A stretch of DNA of 64,000 bases, from the NCBI GenBank assembly GCA_903813345.2, contig CAIIXF020000001.1, positions 45,198,001 through 45,262,000 on the forward strand, read 5' to 3'. Below are positions 53,301-63,181 of this stretch, one piece after another (the stretch's first letter is position 1; each line of letters opens with the position of its first letter). Source of the DNA: Owenia fusiformis (taxonomy: Eukaryota). The position numbers and the translations under genes were made by a program. A model generated the notes under the pieces. The model worked only from the letters and a program-made list of their open reading frames with translations. It was not told where the DNA came from and ran no database searches.

Positions 53301-55544
53301 GTAAGAATCGAAAAAATAATTTTCTTCAGTTTATAGAATTTAGTCTTTATTCAAACAAAATAGTGTCAAAAATGAACATGGATCAATTAAAATTGTTTGT
53401 AAGTGGTTATTTTTATATAACGTTTTTTAGATTAGACTGTTGTGCCATATCATCATTAATGAGAGATCTATCTATCTAAAATCAATATATTGGCGATCTT
53501 ATAGATAGTAAATATGTAGATAATTCTGTGATTTACAACACCTGAGATAGCACCATCAGAAATGTCAATCCTTAATTAGATATAAAGTTCCAACAACTGT
53601 ATTTTTACCATATGTAGATGGGATACCCAAAAGAAGTAATTTCCTTTTAGCTCTCGTATCTGTATTTGAACAAGCACTTGATAGATAATTTTTCATCTGC
53701 GTGAAATTCCTTATATATTTTTTTCCTATGGGAGTTAACCAAAAATAGTTCTGATACAAAACAATTTTTATGATAGGATTTAAAGGAAATAATTATGTTT
53801 TAAAGTTTTCCTATCTGCTTAGAAAGATGTATCGATCACAAAAATTAAGGTTTTGTTCCTTATTAATTTGCTGTTTTACCCGATCTGACACACGGCCCCT
53901 TAACCTCAAGTAGTACAATAAAATGTTTCAATTGATAAAATATGTCTTGCATTTTAATGAATCTTTTATTTGATCAGTTTTATAGATCTTCTGTGTAAAG
54001 ATTGGTATAGAGTAATAACTCAAACTGAAGTGATCACAAAGATTCACTTTTATCTTTATTATTTTTTATTTAAAAAACAGTATCATTAGTGCTATTGACT
54101 AAAATATATATTGTTACATTTTTAATCTAAATAAAAGAAGGTCAAAGCAATTTCAACAACAAAAAAATGTGTAGTGTACTTTGGAAATGACTTGAATAGA
54201 CCTAGTTCATAATCTAGTTAAAAATCTCAGAAAAAATAACCTCATTTCTAATTAATCATTATACATGGAAAACTGTAATTTTGTGTTAAGTTGAACAATT
54301 GATAAATTCTCCACACACATGTCCACTGGTGCCATGTACTGTAGGAAATTCAGAGATAACTGTTACATTTGTAAAAACAACAAAAAAGAAAAACAAAAGT
54401 TTGAGAGTAGTATTAGTTTCTAGACAGGTCTATATTGATTGCTTTGAGAATCTGTATTCACCTGGTAACTTGATATTCAGATTTTTAACTGATTTACTTT
54501 AAAAGTTTATTTATTTCAAACAAACCAGAGATGAACTACCAGATAACGAAGGTTAAATAATTTCACCCTTTATAAATGATAACCATTTATGAAGAAGATT
54601 GTAAAAGTAACAGATAGCTATTCTTAAAATAAGATTTGATATTGTCAAATGTGATTTATGAATTTGTTTTGTATGTTTTGTATCATTGAATAAGATGTTA
54701 GTTGTCTATAGAAATCATTTGACAAGTGTTTAAAGTATGGGTGTATGTATAGCCTAGTGTTATATATGACCCTCCACAGATAACTATCTCTTATACCTGC
54801 TTTATTGCTTGTGTCAATTTTTATTGTTTTATTCAAGTATACCATCCACATAACAGAAATAAAAAGCTTGGATAGTCATAAACCCCTAGATAAAAGTTGT
54901 CCGTCAGTCTCAAGTTGACGCTTCACAAAAAATAAACACATAAAATTTTGAGATGAATTCTTTTAAACTTCAAAGTTGTGATTACGGTAGCATATGAATG
55001 GCTGGTAGCAGTAGTTAGGACAATTAATGAAATGAAATGCATTGACTCAACTTTTACTTTTAAATGACTCATCTTAAAGCAACATCAAAAAACATCAGAC
55101 ATACTCTACTGAATTGTTTAGAATTAATCCATGAAACTTACATTAAGTAAAATACGAAAACCCAAGTGACGACTTTTCTCTTTAATAGTAGAGGGATATA
55201 AAAGTTTTGACTTTGATCACGAATAATTGAGGAAGCTAAAATGTGTCATCGTGGGGTGATATGCTATGTGCAGTAAGCAAGTATGGATGCTACTTGAGAC
55301 CAGATAGGATACCTCTTAAACTGAGCAGGACTCGTGTCTAATTAAAACAAAGGCATTTCTAATTACAGCGGTAGATCAGACCAGTCTTATCTTTATAAGA
55401 GAGAAGTAAATATGGGGGCAGGTGTTATATAAAGGAGAACAAGATACTATGCTAACAGTAAAGATCACATACTGTCATAATACTACCCAAGCATTAATAC
55501 TCATTCTTAGAAAATATAGACAGAGATTGTCATTGTTGTTATAG

Positions 55545-55701
55545 AACGAGTGCACCCATGCCAGCAGTGCGGTGAAGTATTTCGTTCCAAGGTCGCGCTC
55601 CGACGACACGAGACCTACGTCTGCAATAACTCCAACGCCATCTTTAGCTCAATCAACAAAGAATTCAAAGAAAACAATCAGCTTCCAGCAACAATGGAAA
55701 G
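55545..55701 (+). CDS. Prdm3/16: Coding exon 5, atypical C2HC zinc finger 1
   Basis: Acceptor gttatag|AA, donor GAAAG|gtaaga. Encodes ERVHPCQQCGEVFRSKVALRRHETYVCNNSNAIFSSINKEFKENNQLPATME, matching the C2HC first finger of PRDM16/EVI1. Not in the ORF track. Confidence 0.9.
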
Positions 55702-56761
55702 GTAAGACAAGACATATAGTGTAATATAATCAACACGAAAAGTCAAACGAAAGAGAAGGTTATCAAAGACAATGAAGAGAGAGCTTTCTTTACTGAGATG
55801 TGTTCAGTTGACGTCATTGCGACTCTACTTTGATTGTTATCCAAAGCGCATTCTTTCTCACCCCTATTTGTTTACATTTTTAGAGTGGGAATCTGTTTTT
55901 TCAACATGCCCGCCAGTAACAGTATCTGAGCTTTTATAATTGTCTATTGTTGCCGTGGTAATAACATAACAGTACGACACTTTTTAGCAAAACTCATATA
56001 AATCAAAATAAAATTTCAATTTTGAGCATGATTGCTTAAAGGACCCAAGATAAATCCTACATTAGTATGACATACAAAGTTATCATTTGATCCATAACAT
56101 TATTCAAAAACTAATTTAAAATTAAAAAAAATCAGGAAATGTTTTAATATAGATAATTTAAATGCACAATGGATATCTACATGATCTAGTCTCAAAGGTG
56201 AAGTTGGTAGCTTTCACTTTCAATGGGCCATAATTATGACTGATGGGTCTTGATGAACATTTATGTCATCTCAACTTCACTGTCCTCTTTGTCAGATACA
56301 TAAAACTGAGCAAACAACATAAACATACAATAAATAACAATATTGTCTGTTTTAAGAATATTTTAATGAGATTTGAGGATGGATATTTCAAAAGATTATC
56401 AGCTTATGTGACTTTATCCACATCTACAATTTTTACAAAAGAAATGATTAACTAACAATGACCTAAACTGGATAACTTGTTCAGCTATATAAGTTTCTTG
56501 TAAATGACTGGATGACTCACTATTAAATAAGACTTTTGATCATTTGAAATTCTATACAATAAATAAAATTGCTCTTTCGATCAATAAATGACTGAAAAAT
56601 AACCTGATCTACAACTATTCCTCATTGACCTGTTCATTTTATTTCTTTGAACAAAAGTGGATATTTTCCACATGTATTTTTATGTATTCAACATATTTCT
56701 GTGTATTCCATATGTTTGTTATATACCCCAAATATTTACCGTATGTATTTCTGTGTTTCAG

Positions 56762-56861
56762 TGATAACACCTCAGCTTCAATGAGGGATGATGTATCATT
56801 CACAGGCAGTGAGACAGACAGCAAGTCAAGCCTCCCAGCCTCCCCAAGGACAAGCCATCAG
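56762..56861 (+). CDS. Prdm3/16: Coding exon 6, Ser/Thr/Asp-rich linker
   Basis: Acceptor tgtttcag|T, donor CATCAG|gtaagt; 100 nt, phase 2 to 0. It is needed to bridge exon 5 (ends phase 2) and exon 7 (starts phase 0). Encodes SDNTSASMRDDVSFTGSETDSKSSLPASPRTSHQ. No homology recognised. Confidence 0.8.
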
Positions 56862-57085
56862 GTAAGTTGTTCTCGCATAATTCCTTACAACAGATCTGTT
56901 AATTGCACTCAGCTAAATAGAATTGAAAGCTGTATTCTCTTGTATTGTGTCAACTTAACATTTTAAAATATCCTTATTCTCTCATTTGTTAGTTGAAATG
57001 TTCATGGGAAAATCTTGATTTTCAATGAAGATATGATATACCTATCACCTATACCTAAACTTAATGATATTTTTCATGTTTTCAG

Positions 57086-59047
57086 TATGACAGCCTTTAC
57101 TCAGCCGGCCGTTCTGATTTCCCATGTGAGAACTGTGATCGTGTCTTTGCTGACCCCAGTAATCTTCAACGTCACATCAGGTCACATCACCTCGGAGCCA
57201 GGAGCCATGCGTGCACAGAATGTGGGAAGACATTTGCAACATCTAGTGGTCTAAAACAGCACCAACATATCCATAGCAGTGTCAAACCGTTCCAGTGTGA
57301 GGTGTGCCTTAAAGCCTATACCCAGTTCTCCAATCTTTGCCGCCATAAGCGCATGCATGCTGACTGTCGCCAACAGATTAAGTGTAAAGACTGTGGACAG
57401 GCTTTCTCTACCGTGACATCACTTAGCAAACATAAGAGGTTCTGCGAGGGAGCTATTCGTAATGGGTCCGCCAGATACAACTTTTCTGCCCCACCAGCTG
57501 GCAGTGGAAGCTCTGAGAGGAAATCATCTCCATCTTTCCCTGCCCAACCACCAAACAACCCTGCCTTAGCAGCCGCCAGTGCTTTCATGAATTTATACGG
57601 GCCAAGACCACCATTCCCGTTCTTCCCACCGATTGGCCCAAGTGGGTTTCCACTCCTACCCCCAGGTCACCCCCTAGCAGCCATGGCCATGCTCCCCAGA
57701 GCTAATCTCCCTACAGCGCCCCAGAGGAGCCCAGATACCCCAGTCTCAGCCAAGACTGAGCCACACTCAAGAGATAACAGTGATGCAGGCTCTGAAGCTA
57801 GTGACCTGAGTGATCGTGAAAAGCTTGATGAGAAACCTCTTGCCAGCACCCCTAAGGCTACTCTTATCTCTCCAGTCCAATCACCAAAGAGTGAACCCAG
57901 CATAACAAGCAGTCGCAGTGAGACCTCCACACCAGTTGATTTCTCTATTAAAGTCAAAGAAGATGTAAAAGAAGAAGAGAATGAGGAGTCTGATGCTATG
58001 GACCTATCTAAGCCCACATCTCCAGCTGCAGGTGGTGATATGCCTCTAGATCTCAGTATCAAAACCACTCCCAAAGAAGATATCCCCACTGAGGTATCCC
58101 GCAAGACCCACATATTTGGTGAAGACAAGCCAGAGCCCCCCAAGAAGCCAGTTGCTACCCCCACCTCACTTCACTATGCCTACCCCCACCTTAACCCCAT
58201 GCTGCTTGCAGCTGGTATGCAAGGCATGCAGGGTATGCAAGGGGCCCAGATGACTAAGGACAAGATGCGTATGCTACAAGATGTATCCAAGATGATGGCA
58301 TTCTCCCCCCGTTTCAATATGCCAAGCCCTATATTCCCATCATCCAAACCTCCAATGATGAAGATGTCCAAAAGTCCAGAATCATTCAACTTCCCCAGCC
58401 CTAACAAGAAGGTTTCCAATGACAGATATGCTTGTAAATTTTGCGGCAAGATCTTCCCACGATCCGCTAACCTGACCCGACATCTCCGTACTCACACAGG
58501 CGAGCAGCCATACAAGTGCAAGTACTGCGAGCGTTCCTTTTCCATCTCATCCAACTTACAGAGGCACGTCAGAAACATTCACAACAAGGAGAAGCCTTAT
58601 AGATGTCCCTTGTGCGACCGCAGCTTCGGCCAACAGACTAACCTTGACCGTCATCTCAAGAAACACGAGACTGAAGGTCTCAATGTCACCGACTCCCCAA
58701 TCAATGACAGTGTTGAGGACAAAGACGATGCCTATTTTGATGACATCAGGAACTTCATCTCTGAAGATGGCGTTGATGATGAAGAGGACACGGATAAGCA
58801 TTCTAAAGTCAGTGAATACTCAAGCATAGACTCCAGTTACTCCATCACCACACAACTCGCCAAGCAACAGAAAATGCGCCTAGCAGAGCACAGTGATGAG
58901 GGATCTCCTAACAAAAGACCTCGTATAGAAAACAATAATGGTCGCCTAAAGCTTGATTCCGGCTATGCAGATGATGATTGTGATGATAGACTATGTACTA
59001 CTAGCCCTGTACAAACTGTTCCAGTTCCTATGGCTATGACCTCATGA
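57086..59047 (+). CDS. Prdm3/16: Coding exon 7: zinc fingers equivalent to EVI1 ZF4-7 (57119-57445), Pro-rich region, CtBP motifs, ZF8-10 (58427-58666), acidic tail, TGA stop
   Basis: Acceptor gttttcag|TAT, in frame with the 581-aa ORF 57302..59047. The fingers are nearly identical to those of EVI1/PRDM16. Also conserved: [26 protein letters not shown]. Confidence 0.96.
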   Translation, partial: YDSLYSAGRSDFPCENCDRVFADPSNLQRHIRSHHLGARSHACTECGKTFATSSGLKQHQHIHSSVKPFQCEVCLKAYTQFSNLCRHKRMHADCRQQIKCKDCGQAFSTVTSLSKHKRFCEGAIRNGSARYNFSAPPAGSGSSERKSSPSFPAQPPNNPALAAASAFMNLYGPRPPFPFFPPIGPSGFPLLPPGHPLAAMAMLPRANLPTAPQRSPDTPVSAKTEPHSRDNSDAGSEASDLSDREKLDEKPLASTPKATLISPVQSPKSEPSITSSRSETSTPVDFSIKVKEDVKEEENEESDAMDLSKPTSPAAGGDMPLDLSIKTTPKEDIPTEVSRKTHIFGEDKPEPPKKPVATPTSLHYAYPHLNPMLLAAGMQGMQGMQGAQMTKDKMRMLQDVSKMMAFSPRFNMPSPIFPSSKPPMMKMSKSPESFNFPSPNKKVSNDRYACKFCGKIFPRSANLTRHLRTHTGEQPYKCKYCERSFSISSNLQRHVRNIHNKEKPYRCPLCDRSFGQQTNLDRHLKKHETEGLNVTDSPINDSVEDKDDAYFDDIRNFISEDGVDDEEDTDKHSKVSEYSSIDSSYSITTQLAKQQKMRLAEHSDEGSPNKRPRIENNNGRLKLDSGYADDDCDDRLCTTSPVQTVPVPMAMTS

Positions 59048-60740
59048 ACTATAAAGACAAATATAATCATAAAACACATCTAGATCACCTAGATACCAAG
59101 TATATGGGACCAGATCAACTTACCATATTATTATATACAGTGTATATTTCTAAATATGACTGAGTTAATGTCACAGTGGCCAAATATAGTAACCATTCCA
59201 AGTAAAGCGAAGTCTGCATGAAAATTTATTTGTAGTGTCCCATAGAAGCTCCCTTGTTGCATATATATATATTGATAGTTCACAAATCATATTGCAACTG
59301 ATGTATGCAGCATTATATACAAGGCAATATCATAATATCTGTCTCTAGTCAGTATATGTCTCATACATTGTACACACCACATTTATGTGACTAATTTTCA
59401 CCTGGTAATCAACTTATGTGACTATTTCTCACCTGGGAATCAACTTAATATGGGACTATTTTTTGTTGAAAAGTCACACAATCAAGTGCCAATTTGGTCA
59501 TGTGAATAAGTTCTATAATAATGTTATGCAAAACAATCACGTACATGTTGTACAGAGTGCACCAAATATGACTGAAAACCATTATTTTGATTTTCGTAAT
59601 AATCACACACTTCCATTGTATTAAATTTTATTTCATACATTGTACCATATGTTTATAATTTTCTTTCAAATTTAAATTGTATATATGTTTATTTAGACTA
59701 TAGTTTCTTTGCTTTTTCTGCATTATGGTTTGTGTAATTGTAAATAAGTGAATTGTGCTTAGTTGTACAGTCTAACATAAAAGGTTTGAATGTAAACCAC
59801 CCTTAATGCTTTCCACCTTGAATCATCGTGGTTGTGTATAGATTCACACCTTCTATGCAGGACTGTATCTTTAAGGAGGCCCAGAGATCTGTAAAAGTCT
59901 GGAGTTCAGATCTGTCAATTGTACATAGTAAAAGTTTCTTAATGATATTCTGTCTGGATTGGCAAGCCATATTAATTTTCAATTCATTTTTTGCTTATTT
60001 TATTCTGAAGCACCATGTGGGTGCTGCTACTCAATTGCTAAAGATGGCGCTGAATCTCATGCCATATTTGTGCAGCGATTTGAATGTTAACTATTTTCAT
60101 CAGCTAGAGTTTCCAAAGATGTATCAGTGGCTTATGATTTTAGCTCTTATGTAGTGTGTCTCACATCCTTCTCAGGTACTTAGTCTCGTTGCACCGCAAC
60201 CGTTAATCACACTTATATTGCTTTACCTTGACAATCTGTATGATCATTTAAGAAGACTCAATGTACCATTTCTGTGCCATGAACCCCCTTTATTTTGATT
60301 TTTCCATATTCTGTGTTATTATCTGTGTATGTATGCTTAAAATCTCATTTTGATAAAGCAGCTGATGACAGTTTGAATAACGTCACACATTTGGCCATTT
60401 TTCTATATTATTACTTTATCTCATACATGTAGGAGTAACAATATACAGTGAAAGAATATAGTATGTTTGTATGTTAGAAGTTTCATTTAACTTTTGTTAG
60501 AATACTTGTCTTATATTCTTATACAGTGTGCCTTAGGATAATCTATATAAAAGATGCATTATTTTGGTACAATATATTGTACAGATGTATATCATCGTAT
60601 TGTAGCAGACATAACTAGTTTTTCAATGTATTTTATCAGTATATTTTCACTGATCAGTATACAAGCATATTATACATAGTATATACTGTACACAATTTTT
60701 GTTTCATTTGACATGAAATTAAATTCACTATAAGACATCA
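59048..60740 (+). other. Probable 3' UTR of about 1.7 kb; candidate poly(A) signal ATTAAA at 60718-60723
   Basis: TGTA/T-rich sequence follows the stop. Several TGTA motifs precede ATTAAA 60718; another ATTAAA is at 59620. The end point is inferred. Confidence 0.5.
59383..59462 (+). repeat. 31-nt tandem repeat (about 2.5 copies) in the 3' UTR
   Basis: 59383-59413 and 59414-59444 match at 28/31, plus a partial third copy. Confidence 0.8.
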
Positions 60741-61779
60741 TATTTATAATGTCACATAATAATACCATTGCATAATCAAAATGGAATTTGCTTACAAGTT
60801 ATTGAATAGCTTTGATTTAATTAAGATGATAAAATATAATAATATAAAAATATAATTTCACTTTTTGTGCATTTTATTTACATTTATTGAGACTAGAACT
60901 AAGGAAGAAAGTATTTCCTGAATTTACATATCCCGATTACTATTCATCGTCCGTTAGTTAGTTGATTGCATTAGGAAGTCCACACTTCTTGACTGACAAC
61001 AGTCCCTCCAGTTTGCCTATATCTATCACTCTGCAGTTCTCCAATCATTATCACTGATATCACAGTTTGCATTTGGAAAATTCAACTAAAGGCCCCTCCC
61101 ACTTTTCACCTGGAAAAAACATGATTTCAAATATAATCCTGGAATAATTTTAGCTACATTTTTCATAAAAATTGAAACTGAAACAAACTTTCTTTTAAAA
61201 AATCAAAACCTATATAATTCAACGCACCATAAACATGGTCCAGTTCATTTCATTCTGAGTAAGATGATTATTTCTAGATGCACATGACATGTACAAGAAC
61301 ATAACTACAAGTGGTCTATAACTAAATCATCAGCAGTCAATCCCCAGTCCTAATTCTGGTACAGAAATCTGCAATTTACACCCTCCCACACACTGGGAAA
61401 GATTTCCACAAAATATTAGAAATTACAATTCTTAAAATTAATTTTTATTTTACAATATGTCCATAGAAATAACATAAACAAAGAATTGTAAACCAGGACC
61501 CATGACTTAAATTGCAATATCTTGAAAAGATAACATCCTGACTTGACTCACCTAGAATCATCGCCAAAATGGGGAATCTATCTGATCCAAAAATTAGGTG
61601 TTCCTTCCCATCTACATGGGCTATAATTATGGGGGAACCAAAAGCCTGGAATAAAAGAGAAGTGAAAATTAATAAATCAATGATCTATATTCTTTACCTG
61701 TATTATTCAATGTGATATTGCAATATGATTCCAAAAAAGATTTTGTATAATTAGTCCATGGTATGATTTCCGAATATGA

Positions 61780-62676
61780 AGGATCCGTAGCACACTATAG
61801 CGCAGCAACATTGGAAGCAATATTTATGAAGGTGTATATGTCTTGATTCTTTAAAAATACCATTTGCTGAAAAAAGTTCCGGCTTTCGGGTCGAAAAATG
61901 TCTTTCAACACAAGGGGTCAAAAAACGTAAATATTTTGATTCGAACTTTTATGCATTTTATAAGACACCAACCGTCATTCTAAGCATACGAACAAAACAT
62001 AATTATCATAATGTAGACATATACTATGATTTTACTGTAGATGTCGGTGTTTTAATTAATGTAATTACGCAAGTGTAGTTTTCAGATTTTGTTTGATTTT
62101 TCAAAGTTTTGATTTTTTTGGGAATATTTTAGCTTTCTTACCATTTGAAACATTTTATTACCAGAATTTTTCCATATAATTGCAAGGGGTCTAACAACAA
62201 ATTATTGTTCATGTTTTATAAAACATAATACAATAACAAATAGGTAAGATTTATATCTAATTAAATGTTACAGAGGTATTGGAATGTTCATATATTCCGA
62301 GGGCATGTGTAATAATCAATTAGAATCATATGCAATCGAACGCCTTACAATTCTTCCGTGACCTTACTTGTGGCTATCATCAAGTTTTCTGGTGGTTGTC
62401 TCTTCTTTGACCTTAACGCTGGATACAATCAGATTTTAGGAAGATAATGATAATGATTTTTCTCAATTATTCATGAATTCGACCAAGTCTTTATGGTTGT
62501 TTTATAAGCAACTGAGCTATATCTAACTACGAGAAATATAATTTTAGCTGTAGTCCCAATTTTTCAAGGAAGAGCAATATGCCCTCCATTATTGATAATG
62601 TTCACCGCTGAATAAAAGTCCATATCTCAAAACGCTAGGTCAAATATCGCTGCGCTATAGTGTGCTACCAGCTCCT
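61780..62676. mobile_element. Non-autonomous TIR DNA transposon of about 0.9 kb, Kolobok-like
   Basis: Perfect 20-bp inverted repeat gtagcacactatagcgcagc 61787-61806 / 62649-62668. Termini are AGG...CCT, flanked by degenerate TTAA-like atga / ttat. No transposase ORF. The superfamily call is tentative. Confidence 0.7.
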
Positions 62677-62734
62677 TTATTAGACGTCCTAGAGATTTCA
62701 TACCATGGACTAAATGTAGGAAAACAAACAAGGT

Positions 62735-63181
62735 GGCAGCACCTCCTTATCTTGCATTCAAAACTAATTTGTGATTTTCCTTTGTTACAATCCAAATTAA
62801 GGAAGCGAGCAACACCATGTGTAGTAAAATTGACTGGACTGATAAATACTCCTGTGCTTTGCAATGCATTTCTGACAGCTTAGATAATCCCACTCTTTCA
62901 TAAGAAACACATAAGGCATGTGTTGATAAAACAACAAAGGCAAAGCTACTTAGTTATCAATGTGAAAGATGGCAGCACCTCCTTAGCTCAATATTCTTTT
63001 ATCTTACAATATCAACCTATTTAGGAACGGAACTAAACATAAGAATCTCAGGAGATTAATTATCATATCACATACACACATTTGTCAAAATGTCTTATCA
63101 TAAAATATAAAATTGATTTGATGTTTATATCGTTTAATATCATACTAATGTAACAAAATTATGTGTCAAGGAGGTGCTGCC
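62735..63181. repeat. Three copies of the 14-mer GGCAGCACCTCCTT (two direct, one inverted)
   Basis: 62735-62748 (+), 62971-62984 (+), 63168-63181 (-). Confidence 0.75.

Larger units (their letters stand above)
5993..59047 (+). other. Prdm3/16: Gene span (ATG to stop) of a Prdm3/16 (MECOM/PRDM16/hamlet/egl-43-like) PR-domain zinc-finger transcription factor; 7 coding exons, 952 aa
   Basis: Exon lengths 37+350+135+118+157+100+1962 = 2859 nt form one open frame. Intron phases are 1,0,0,1,2,0 and all are GT-AG. Diagnostic motifs: [107 protein letters not shown]. Confidence 0.95.

Noticed and set aside
57316..58829. Antisense and alternate-frame ORFs over exon 7 (up to 165 aa)
   Set aside because: Shadows of a GC-richer coding exon; no recognisable domains.
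57302..59047. The 581-aa ORF as a standalone gene or retrocopy
   Set aside because: It starts at GTG in the middle of a finger; the frame extends to a splice acceptor at 57085 and links to upstream exons.
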